A DNA stretch of 32,935 nucleotides from Saprolegnia diclina VS20 (Eukaryota): positions 251,182-284,116 of the forward strand of contig NW_008246128.1 in assembly GCF_000281045.1 (NCBI RefSeq), read 5' to 3'. Each line of letters begins with the position of its first letter. The first letter of the stretch is position 1. The translations under genes were made by a program, and so were the position numbers. The notes below the pieces were generated by a model that was not told the DNA's origin, did no database searches, and saw only the letters and a program-made list of their open reading frames with translations. This document shows, piece after piece, positions 10,001 to 20,173 of this stretch.

Positions 10001-13000
10001 CTTTTCTTGCTGCTCCATCGACAGCTGAAAGCTGCTTTCGTCCATCTGAAGCTTGAGCGAACGCAGTTGGAGCTCGAGCGCTTCCGCCGCGTCGCGGTGC
10101 TTGCTTGCTCTGGCTTCCCACGACGATGCCTCGTCGGCTTGCTTTTGGAGCTGTGCCTCGAGCGACTGGGTTGTCATTTTGAGTTTGTTGGCTGCGCTCT
10201 TCGCGTCCGCGACTTCGGCCGAGACACTGCGCAGTTTGGAGGTGAGTGTATCGCATTCGGCTTGGACGCTTTTGAGTTTGAGCTGCGCCGCGTCCCGATC
10301 GGCCTCGAGCTGCCGGCCCTTCTTTTCCGCTTGGTCTTTTTCCAGCTGAAGGCGGTGGTGTTGGTCACCAAGCGCGTCGAGCTCGTGCATGGCGGTCTCG
10401 TAGCGTGCTTGTACTTCGGTCTTTTCTGCTTCGAGCGCCTTGGCCTGCGTCGTCCACTTCTCGAGCTCCCACGCCGGCACCGTCGCGGACGGGCTGCTTG
10501 AGGGCTCTGCCTGCAGCTGCGCCGTGAGCGCGGCGATCTCGGCGTCTTTCTGCTTGAGCTTGCGCTCGAGTGCCGCCTTTTGATCGTCCAAGGCCCGCTT
10601 GGCGGCTTCAACTTTGTGCGTCTCGGAGAGCGCGGCCTGGAGCGCAGCTGCATGGGTTGTCTGGACGTCCGATGCGTCGCGCTTCAAGCTTGAAATCGTG
10701 GTCTCGTACACCGCTGCTGTCTTGCGCGTCGCCTCGAGCTGTTCGTCCATCGACAGGTGTACTGCCGCCTTTTCGTCGAGCGCCTGGCGAAGTTGATTTT
10801 GCAGCGCCGAGAGAACACTTGACGTCGACGACTCTTGGCTCTGAAGCGACGTCCACTGCGACTGCACCTGGGCCAACTGCGCTTCGAGGTGCTTCTTTTC
10901 TTCGTGGAAGCGGGTGTTGAGCGCACTTGTCTCGGCGCGATAGTCGTTCTCGGCGGCCGCTAGGTTGTCCTGCAGCTGGCGTTGGCTCTTTTGAAGTGTT
11001 TCAATCGCAGCTTCGTGCTCGGTCGCCGACTCGGCCAATTGGGTCTCGAGCGATGTACACTGGCGCTTCCATCGGTCGATTTCGTCTGATTGCACTGACG
11101 CGGACTGAGTGTCGCTCGCTAGACGCGCAACCTGGAGGTCGTCGAGCGCTAGTGTCGTGGCAGCATGGGACGTCACGAGTGCATCGAACTTGGTTTGTAG
11201 CGCGTCTTTGGCGGCTGTCAACGCCGACATGGCGTCGTCGTCGGCAGCTTTGGCCTCTCGCAGGTCGGCTATCTCGGCTTGTAAGGTCGCCTCTCTGGCC
11301 TTGGCGGCCGATTGAAGCGCCTCGGTCTTGGCAGTCCACGCCGTTGCGTCACTGTCGCCTGTGGTAACTACTGGTGCCGCGTTGCACGCCGCTTCGTATT
11401 TTGCCTGCCAGTCGGCTTGGTCGCGCGTCGCCGCTTCGCATTTTGCCTGCCACTCGGCAGCTTTGGCAGTAGCGCTCTCCACTTCGCCACGGAGATCGCT
11501 TTGAAGCGCTTCGTGGGTCGAATGAAGCGCGTCATATTTGGCTTGCAGGGCTGCGTGGGCGGTATCGAGCGCGTCATGTTCGGATTGAAGCGCGTCATGT
11601 TCGGATTGAAGCGCGTCAAGTTTGGATTGAAGCGCTTCATATTTGGCTTGCAGCGCGTCGAGGACGCTTGTGTCTGGCGCGGTCTCGCGCATCACTGACT
11701 CGGACGATGCTGCAGTAGCTTCTTGCAGTTTGCGCTGCCAGACTGTGTTTGCGTCGGACGCTGCCGTCACCGCTGCATCCCGCTCGGCTGTAACAGCGTC
11801 GAGCTTCGTCGTCACCTCTACCATGTTGGCGCGCCACTTTGCTTCTAGCGCCGTCGTCTCTGCCTCGAGCTTGGCGGCCCACTTTTGTGCTTCGGCCGCG
11901 ACTGCCGACTCTCGCGCTGTACCATCATCGGGCGTTGTGCTCGACGCTTCAAGGTCCTGGACTCGCGCTTCCAACCTCTCGATTGTGGCCCGAGCCTCCG
12001 TGAGCTTGGTGTTGCGTTCAGTCTCCTCGTCGTCGGCTTGCTGCAGCTTGCTCTTGAGCTTGGCCACCTCGGCTTTGAGTCCGTCCACTTCATCTTGGAG
12101 GCGGCTCGAGGTCTCGGCTTCGACCTTCTCACGGTGCTCGGTTTCCATTTCTTGCTTGCGCCGCATCTCTTCCAGCGCATGTTCGTGCTTGGCCAAGAGC
12201 TCGTCGATGCGCTGGCGGTGCTTCTCTTCAATTCCCTTGGTGTCCTTGTCCTGGTGCTGGCGCAGCTCGCGCTTCTTGTCGACAAACGCCTCTTCGAGCT
12301 CGTCGAGCTGCTTGCGGTTCTCGGTCTCCATGTCTTTTCGGCGCTTCGAGAGCTTCTTCTCGAGCTCCTTCATGCTCGCGACCTCGTCGTCGTGCGAGGC
12401 TTGGATTTTGGACAATTTTTTCTCGTTGGTGGCGATGGTGTCGCGCAGCGTGTCTTCTTGGGCCGCCACTTTGGCCTCGAGCGCCGCGATCTTTTCGGCG
12501 TGCGCCGACTCGAGGTCTGCGAGCTCCTTCTCCAGTGACGCAGATTTCTTATCGAGCTCTTCCTTGGCACCGGCTTTGGGCACCCCGAGAAGCGGCTTCC
12601 GCCCAATCGCTTTGATTTCGACTTTGGCTTCCTCTTCGTCGTCGTCGTCGTTTTCCTTTTCATCGTCGCTCTCGGCGCGCGCTAACGCCTTGGGTCCCGG
12701 GCGCTAAGGCACATGTTCAATGGTGATATAATCAAGTGGACAACGTACGCCGAGCCCCCCCACGGGCTTGAGCCCCCCCAGCGGGCCTAACCCGCCGGAC
12801 GTAGGGCCCAACTACACGAAAGCAAAGTCTTGTCTCGAGAGATAGGCTGCAGAGATAAGTACCTTGCTGGGAAGCCCGCCAAGGGGCTTTTTGTCGAGGC
12901 TCGTCTTGACGGCTGAGAGCCCGTCGGTCTTGGGCGGTGCTTTCTTTTTCTTGCTTTTTTTGCCCAAAATCTCATCGACATCGTCTTTTTCCTTCTTCTT

Positions 13001-13478
13001 CTTGGAATCCGAGTCCTAAGCGCCAAAATTGGGTGTGTTCCGTCCAAACCCTTACATCACCTTTTTGCCGTGAATCGATTTCTTCTTGTGGTCGTCGTAG
13101 AGCTTGCGATAGTACTACATATTTCGTAGCGCCGTAGAGCCATGAAAAAGGACGTTGAACAAAATGCACCTCGTCGCACGGATGGTCCCACGTGCTGGCG
13201 CCCGAGGCAAAGTTGAAGTAGTAAATTTCGCCCGTATCCGTCGTCTTGCACGGCTTCCAGTTCTCGGGCAGCGGGGCCTACGCCACAGGAAGCAGTCGTG
13301 TCCAACTATGACGAGAAGGTACCTTGAGCCCTTCCCGGGCAATCCAAAAGAGGTCCCGCTCGGCCTCGAGGTCCATGCCGAGCCACTTGGCGTACTCGAG
13401 GACCTCATCTTCCGTCGGCTCATAGTTGGGATCGATCTCTTCCTCGAGAACGATGCTGTCTCCTTGGCCCGCGTCCAT
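7052..13478 (-). CDS. CEP164: CEP164-like basal-body distal appendage protein: N-terminal WW module plus very long coiled coil, ~2,000 aa, ~11 exons
   Basis: The spliced N-terminus [94 protein letters not shown] matches the CEP164 N-terminal signature (LEE.....Y.P...E..E.A...G.D...E..L.W.AREG..APLP..WKPC....G.IYYFNF..G.S.WDHPCDE). First introns at 13278-13322 and 13115-13169. Further short introns join ORFs 9533..12583, 8347..9474, 7658..8209, 7272..7631 and 7052..7618 in frame. Confidence 0.88.
11492..11659 (-). repeat. Coding 21-bp (heptad) tandem repeat, 8 copies, inside the CEP164 coiled coil
   Basis: [56 protein letters not shown]. Units 3 and 4 are identical at DNA level. Confidence 0.85.
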
Positions 13479-13802
13479 TGCTGCCGTGTCCTGCCGTTTC
13501 ACAACGCCACGTGATCTTTGCTCAGTACTATGAGGTATACACACGCCGGTAGTTGGTTACTTCGACTGCGATAGTTAAGAGTTCGCGCAATACTGGCGCA
13601 CAACCCCAGCGCGATTTGAATCATCCAATTTGCAGTGACGGCGTCATCCGTACCAGTGCTGTGTATAGCGCAGCGATCTCGGCGACCAGCTCAGTGCGTC
13701 GGTCACGCTGTCATGCAATGCTTTAGCGACCGTCACTTCCCGCATCAAAATGTTGATGAATACCGTATACAAAACAGCGTGTTACGTGCAGCAGCAACTC
13801 TC

Positions 13803-14474
13803 TCACTCGATGATTTCCCAGTCCTTGTCCTCGGACGAAGCTCGTGGTTGCACCTGCGCGGCCGCCAGCCGCCGCGAGAGATCATCGACTTGGCGCTGCC
13901 ACGTGGCGTCCCGCGCGGCGAGCTCTGCCTCCCATTTGCGCGCTTCGGCGCCAACGAGCTCGGCGAGCATCGCTTGTGCGTCCTGAAGCGACGCGGTGGC
14001 GGCGGCGAGTGCACACTGAATATCGTCGACGAGCACTTTGCTGTCCACCCGGCCTGTGGGCGGCGTCGTCGCCTCGGGCGGGCGCACCTCGGAAGCTTGC
14101 GCCATCAACGTGGCCTTGTGCTCGTGGTAGAGCTGGCGAAATCGCTAGCAGCGACGTTCGTTTTCGCGTCGATGTGTCCAACGCGTACCTCGTCGCAGGG
14201 GTGGTCCCACGTACTGGCGCCGGTGGCAAAGTTGTAGTAGTAAATGTGGTCCGTCTCGACCATCTTGCACGGCTTCCAGTGCTCAGGCAGGTTGGCCTAC
14301 GTCGTCGTGGATATGGCACGGGACCATGCTCTGTACCTTGAGCGCATCGCGAGCGATCCAAAGGAGGTCCTTGTCGTTGATGACGTCCATGCCAAGGAAC
14401 GTTGCGTGCTGAAGGACCTCGGCATCCGACGGCTCGAAGCTCGGGTCAACGACCTCTTCCATGACCAGGTCCAT
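13803..14474 (-). CDS. Short (195 aa) CEP164 N-terminal-domain paralog: WW module, short coiled coil and C-terminal DWEII motif
   Basis: Exons 14474-14337, 14296-14189 and 14144-13803 splice in frame: [92 protein letters not shown]...[48 protein letters not shown]. No internal stops or frameshifts. Confidence 0.85.
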
Positions 14475-14484
14475 TCTCGCTTGG

Positions 14485-14500
14485 CACAATTGACGACTGA
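14485..14500 (-). promoter_or_regulatory. Inr/FPR-like core promoter of the mini-CEP164 gene
   Basis: Minus-strand TCAGTCGTCAATTGTG, 10 nt upstream of the ATG at 14474; an imperfect match to the oomycete Inr+FPR consensus. Confidence 0.45.
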
Positions 14501-14638
14501 CAGACTTCGAAAACGGAGGCTAAACCATGGAACAAAAAGCGAGATCGATCCGGCCTTTTTCTCAATATCTCGGATTTTCCACCGAGCCAGTGGATGGAAA
14601 CACTGTTTTTCTCGTGCAGCGGTTTCGCACTCGGTAAA

Positions 14639-16445
14639 ATGGTCGCTTCGCCGACCAAATCGCTGGCGCGACCGATACGACTCCAGAAGCTCCTCAAGCC
14701 AAAGCCACCGCTTCCTGCGTCGTATGATGTCCCGCTGACGCCGTCGTGCACGCCGCTCCATACGGCAATACTTCGCAACGATATGAAAGCGGCCCATGCG
14801 TACATCCGCTACCTCGACAGCACCGATGCTGTGCGCCCACGATCAAAATGATACATTGTTTAGATGTATGAGGTATGCGTAGGATGGCAACACACCGCTG
14901 CATCATGCGTGCGTGGCGGGACGGTCCGAGATGGCGGCACTGCTCGTCGAGCGCGGCGCCAGCGTCAACGTGACCAATGACGGCGGCAACACGCCGCTTC
15001 ACAAAGCGGCCGTCGGCGGGCACGTGGCGTGTGTCGAGCTGCTTCTCGCCCATCGCGCCAACGTCTTGCACAAGAACCACGTACGTAGTAGCACAGCAGT
15101 CGTCCATCGCTGCCGCATATGCGACGGGAACGGTATAACCTTTTGCGATCGATAGAAAGGGCAGTATGCCGCCGATTTGGCGGGCTGGCGCATGCATACG
15201 ACAGTCACTGCACGCCTACGAGACCTCGGTACGACGCGCTGCGTTTACTGTGCACAAAAGAGCATCTTTGATCGACGCCTTGGGATGCATAGACCTCGCC
15301 GCGGTGTTGGCCATCGCCCCCGATGCAGTAGCGCTCCAGAGAACAGAGCTCGGCTCGACGGTTTATGACAACCAATGGCGTAGGCTGGCAACACGCGGCT
15401 GCACTATGCGGCGGCGTCCAACAAAGTGGACGCGTTATTGCGCATTCTAGCCGAGGGGACTCCCCACATCGAAGCGCGCAACGAGGTTCGATCGCTTTGC
15501 TTGGGTATAACGTGCGAGTTTGCTGTAGAATGGTTGCACAGCCCTGCATCTCGCGGCACAAGCTGGTCACTATGACATTCTCCAGTACCTTGTCGACGCC
15601 GGCGCCGACGTGTTTGCCGTCACCAACGTCTGCAGTGCTCGCGTGGACGACACGCTATCCCCTCGATGTAGGATGGCGCTTGTGCGTTCGACTTGGCAGC
15701 GACCCACTTACGCCTTCGCAACCAGCTCACTCGCATCGGTTCTGCGATTGCACTCTCCGAACAAACTCAGTCCAATTTTCGAATGCTTAGAGACGGCCAA
15801 GTTGGCCACGCTGGAGCAACACTCGGAGGTAGTAGAAATTTGCTCTTTGAGGTGCTTCCATGCTTGAGGGTGCTGCACGTAGCAAGGCGACACGGTGCTG
15901 CATGTGCTGGCAAAGCTGGGCAGGCTCGACGACGTCCAGTCTCTGTTGCATGCGTCGCCCGCCGCGATGACCGACACCAATGCCGTACTCTATCCTTCTC
16001 AGTATCGATGTCAGATACCTAACGGCATGTTTATAGCAAGGCGATACAGCGCTGCACGTGGCGGCGCAGTACAACCGCGTCGATGTGCTCCGTGCCATTC
16101 TCGCTCATGACGACGGCGCGTGTCTCTTTCGATGCAACCATGTGCGCTACGTTCTTTGTCCATTGTTAGTTACACCGCTCTCTGTAGAAAGGACAGACAG
16201 CACGCGCAACAGCCCCCGTGGCATCGTTCTCGGCCAAATTATTGCGCGACGCAGGTTCGTGCCATTTCGTTATTTTGTCGTTGCAAGTTATAACAATAAG
16301 GATACTAGAGCATGCGCAACTCGGATGCTTCGTCACCGAGTGGCTTTTGGAGAGCATGGTGCATCGCGTCACGGCGCGCGATTCGACTGTCCTCGACTTT
16401 GTCTACGCCGTCCGGCCGCACTCGCGACTCTTTGCGTCGCCCTAG
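14639..16445 (+). CDS. Ankyrin-repeat protein (12 exons)
   Basis: Ankyrin starts TPLHTA, DGNTPLHHAC, GGNTPLHKAA, AGNTRLHYAA, NGCTALHLAA, QGDTVLHVLA, QGDTALHVAA. Eleven GT-AG introns keep one frame to TAG at 16445: 14831-14882, 15081-15155, 15229-15292, 15328-15383, 15486-15528, 15628-15671, 15739-15790, 15829-15882, 15985-16036, 16142-16187, 16255-16308. Confidence 0.85.
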
Positions 16446-16505
16446 TCCTACCCTACCCTAATCACCACAAGACAAAAAGAGCATGTGAAATAGTCTTGTG
16501 CCAGC

Positions 16506-17534
16506 TTAGAGGTGCGGGCGATAGATGTAGCCGTTGGTCGACCGTGGATCGGTCCCCGTCGTGGCCTCGCCCCGTACGTTCTTCGAGTCGACGGGCTTGT
16601 GCCCCGTGTAGCCGGGAATGTTGTTGAGGTGGTACAACCGAAGGTCCGCGCCCTTATTACGCGGCACCGTGCCGTCGCCTTGGGCGACCGCAATCGGGTT
16701 GTGGGGTGCTTCGGGCAAAAAGCCGCCGTAGCGCGGAATGTGACACGTGTTCTTGGTCGTCCCGTCGGCGAGGTCGGACGTCGTCGACGCCATCCCAAGC
16801 GTGCGACTCAAGTACGGTCGCGCGAGCGGGTCCGATCCGTACGTACCATAATCGATCTGGTGGCTGCTGCTCGGCACGGTGCTGGGCACGAGTCGGCGCA
16901 AACTCAAATACTCCATCCAGCTCGGTTTGCCATGGAGCTTGCCGACGCTGTTGGCGACGAAGTGGTGGATGCGGTCCATGGCCTCTTCAAAGATAGGCCA
17001 CGTCACGTAGCCGTCCGGAATCGGGTCAAACATGTGGCTGTACATCTCGAGAAGGCGCGTCGATGGCGGGCTGCCGTACACTGTCGTCAGGAGCTCCTTG
17101 ATGCGGTCGCGGGGCAGGCGCGGGTCGTCGACCGTCGCGTTGTTGGGTTCGTCGTCGTCGACGGCTCTGGCGAGTGCGTCAAAGACGCGTTTGAAGTCGT
17201 CCTTTGGCTTGGCCAACAAGGCTTTTCCGTGGTTGGAAAAGTGCACAAAGTCGCTTTCGTACAAACTTTGCCCGAGAAACTTTTTGCCTGCGACCACGTC
17301 GTCGTAGCACGGCTTCGCCGGCCTCATCGCATAGTCGGCCTGCGTCACGAGCCCAAAGTCGGCGCGGTAGACGCTGCCAAACGCTGGGTTTTGCACGCAC
17401 ATGGTGCTCATGATGCTTTGGCCCATTGCGCTAAACTTGGTCGACCGGCTGTCGTAGCTCTCGCCGGGCTTGAGCGTCGGGCATTCTTGGCCCGACCACG
17501 ACTTGAAGCCCTTGTAGCCCGAGTGCGACCCCAT
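16506..17534 (-). CDS. Putative flagellar microtubule inner protein with degenerate EF-hand region and PYG-type motifs (FAP252-like, tentative)
   Basis: Long uninterrupted ORF with strong GC3 bias. Motifs SVYRADF, SLYESDF and SSHQIDY resemble short MIP tubulin-binding units. EF-hand-like FDPIPDGYVTWPIFEEAM. C-terminal HIPRYGGFLP and NIPGYTGHKP. Start uncertain: MGSHSGYKGF at 17534 was chosen, but the frame is open to 17687 and could be extended by a spliced upstream exon. Confidence 0.65.
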   Translation of the reverse strand: MGSHSGYKGFKSWSGQECPTLKPGESYDSRSTKFSAMGQSIMSTMCVQNPAFGSVYRADFGLVTQADYAMRPAKPCYDDVVAGKKFLGQSLYESDFVHFSNHGKALLAKPKDDFKRVFDALARAVDDDEPNNATVDDPRLPRDRIKELLTTVYGSPPSTRLLEMYSHMFDPIPDGYVTWPIFEEAMDRIHHFVANSVGKLHGKPSWMEYLSLRRLVPSTVPSSSHQIDYGTYGSDPLARPYLSRTLGMASTTSDLADGTTKNTCHIPRYGGFLPEAPHNPIAVAQGDGTVPRNKGADLRLYHLNNIPGYTGHKPVDSKNVRGEATTGTDPRSTNGYIYRPHL

Positions 17535-18134
17535 CGATGTGATGCTCGCTTGCGCCGCCGGGAATCTATTTTGAGCCAACGGACAATATCCAAGATGACG
17601 ACCATACTGCGCCTGCACACGAGAGTGCCACGTCATCCTGCGACCTATATATAGGAAAGCATACGTGGCCGGCAAGGCGTACGACACCGCTCGGTTGACT
17701 GTGGACCATCAACCACGGCGCTGGTCGTGAGTACGCTAGTCTCGAGCTTCGAGGTGAAGCTGGTACACATCTCATGTCACATGGCATCGGGCTTTGAGCC
17801 CGTGCAATGGTCAAGTCTATGGTTGTAGTCGTGCTCCCAACAAGTGAAATTGGTATCGAGCAAACGAAACCCGGTGGCAAGTCGAGAGGATAGCGTCGCG
17901 CCATGCCGTCGTCCTTGGCGTACATGCCGCATACGTGCGCAGTGACGAGCAAGCTGGTACCCACGGGCGGCGACATGCTGCACCCAACGCTGTCGACGGT
18001 CGCACTTGGCGCGGTCGAGCCGAAGCCGTCCTGTGTCGCCAGCGCGCCACGTATACACCTTGCACAAAGATTGGTCGTATAGTGGTTCCCAAAACGATCC
18101 TAGTCTGTTATCTTATATGACGTTGCCTTGTACT

Positions 18135-19178
18135 TTACTTGTAGTCGCACGTGTCGGGGAAGGTGCAGCCCGAGCGGCGAATGACGACCTGCGCGGCCCA
18201 GTGACCGGCATCGACGCACTTTTCGATGGGCTGCTCCAGCGCCATTTGCGCGATGAAGCCGCCGACGAAAGCATCACCAGCACCGTTCGTGTCGACGATC
18301 TCCTTCTGGTCAAGCGCCGGGACATCGAAGAGGCGAAGGGTGCCGTTGTGCACCGTGATCGTGGGCTTGGCGCCTTGCGTGAAGACGACCGTGCGGCAGC
18401 GCGCGCCCGAGGCCTTGGGCAGCTGCGAGAGGCGGAGCGCAATGACCGCGAGGTCCTCGCCCCAGCCATGGGCCTTGCCAAACTCGAGCGCTTCGTTCTC
18501 GTTACCGAACACAAAGTCGGCGTGGTGCACGGCCGGCATGAGCGCATCCTTGAAGAACTGCACAATGAACGGCGCCGAGAGGTTGAGCATAAAGATCTTG
18601 TTGGAGAAGGCCGCGTGCTCGGCGAGCTTCATGATGGCCTGCGGGCACACGGTCAAGTGGAAGCCGGCCGAGTAGTAGAGCTTGCCGTTCTCGACGATGG
18701 TCTTGCTCGCGGCGTCGTCCAAGTGGGCGAGCTCAAACTCGTTGGCCGCGCTCAAGTTGGCGACGAGCGAGCGCTCGCCCGCCTCGTTGACGCACACGGC
18801 GCACGTGCCGGTCGCGACCTTCTCGTGCACCATGTAGTGGGCGTTGACGCCGTCCTTGATGGCGCAGTCCTTGAGCACCTTGCCAAACTCGTCGTTGCCG
18901 ACGCAGCCAAAGAACGAGGTCGCGTTCGCGCACTGCTTCTTGAGCATCCACTGCGCAACGCGGATCGAGTTCTGCGTCGCGCCGCCCGCGATGAACTCGG
19001 CCTGGAACTCCTTGGTGAGCTCGTCGTACATGGGCAGGTGCTTCTCCTCGGCGAGGATCGCGTTGTCGACCGTGATGCCATACTTGGTGAGGAAGGCGTC
19101 ATGGACCTTGGCCGAGATGTCGAGGAGCGGGTTGCCGAGACCGACGATTGAATGCTGGAGCTTCTGGGGCGCGGCCAT
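18135..19178 (-). CDS. ADK: Adenosine kinase (PfkB family), intronless
   Basis: GLGNPLLDISA, AGGATQNSIRVAQW, FFGCVGNDEFG, TGTCAVCV...RSLVANLSAAN, MLNLSAPFIVQFF, FGNENEA and DTNGAGDAFVGGF are all adenosine kinase signatures. Start MAAPQK lies downstream of an Inr/FPR element. Confidence 0.97.
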   Translation of the reverse strand: MAAPQKLQHSIVGLGNPLLDISAKVHDAFLTKYGITVDNAILAEEKHLPMYDELTKEFQAEFIAGGATQNSIRVAQWMLKKQCANATSFFGCVGNDEFGKVLKDCAIKDGVNAHYMVHEKVATGTCAVCVNEAGERSLVANLSAANEFELAHLDDAASKTIVENGKLYYSAGFHLTVCPQAIMKLAEHAAFSNKIFMLNLSAPFIVQFFKDALMPAVHHADFVFGNENEALEFGKAHGWGEDLAVIALRLSQLPKASGARCRTVVFTQGAKPTITVHNGTLRLFDVPALDQKEIVDTNGAGDAFVGGFIAQMALEQPIEKCVDAGHWAAQVVIRRSGCTFPDTCDYK

Positions 19179-19205
19179 CTTGGGCGAAATGAGTGGCAGC
19201 AAAGG

Positions 19206-19221
19206 GCAAATTGGGAAGTGG
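19206..19221 (-). promoter_or_regulatory. Inr/FPR core promoter of ADK
   Basis: Minus-strand CCACTTCCCAATTTGC fits Inr (YCAYTYY) plus FPR (MWTTTNC). It supports ATG 19178 over 19265. Confidence 0.65.
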
Positions 19222-20173
19222 GAAGATCTTGCAGCGTCCAGGAATCGTTGCATTATTAATCCCATTATTTATTTGGACTTGCAATATGTATGGAAACATT
19301 AGATTTCATGCACAGGCCGGCCTTTCCGTTGATTTGGAAACGGATTTGGTATTTTATGACTTCACATTTGTATATACAATTGATTCTTTGGATTGAATGC
19401 CATGTGACTCGCGAGTTCTATGGACAGCAACCCATGGCGCCACGTGCTGGATCAATCGCCAATCGCACACAAGCCGACATGTGGGTTTTCCTTGCCGACG
19501 TCAGCAAATACTAGGGACTGCGGGACTAGGACGACCGCCTCGAGGCAAAGACAATGGCGTGGACGGCATGTTGCCAGCATTCTTCGAAGGAGGAGGATGG
19601 AGATGCCTCATCCTTGCGATCCATTCGAGTGGGAAATGCTTACGTATCCAATCACACGGTGACACGTGCCTTTTCCTGAAAGACAGGACTTCCACTGAAG
19701 TTGCCGGCAAGGCTTGAAGCAACTTGACCTCGTTCTTATTGCCAAGAGTGCGCCAGTACCCGACATTGACGAGAAATGCAAGCGATCCCAAGGCGATAGC
19801 CGGGTATGCGAGATGGCAAGCCGTCATCGTCTCCGCGTCAGGTTCATGTAGTTGTGAGGAGGGACGCCGAACGGTGGATTGCAGTGTGTCGAACTTTGAC
19901 GTCGACGAGACCACTCTGGCGCAGTCGGTAACGCGGGGTGTCGCAGGCGAAATAGACCGATGCAAGCCTTTTCCTACCTGACTGTGGCAGCGAGCCGACA
20001 CTGGAAATGTTTAAAGCGCAAGATACGCATACAAAATACAAATTGATAAAAAGAAAAGAATCAAATTTTGTCGGCTAGTAAAACATTAGTACGGTCGACA
20101 GGCGGATGCGGGTACACCGTATCCGGACAGCGCGCACCTGCGTCAGCCGGAGACTTGGTCAGCCCAACAATCC

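Noticed and set aside
12752..12786. GAGCCCCCCCA direct repeat with C-runs
   Set aside because: Coding sequence of a small CEP164 exon ([12 protein letters not shown]), not a regulatory or mobile repeat.
18006..19151. 381-aa plus-strand ORF, and similar long ORFs 16512..17654 (+), 11643..12707 (+) and 2596..3198 (+)
   Set aside because: Antisense shadows of GC3-rich real genes or the LINE; no domain motifs of their own.
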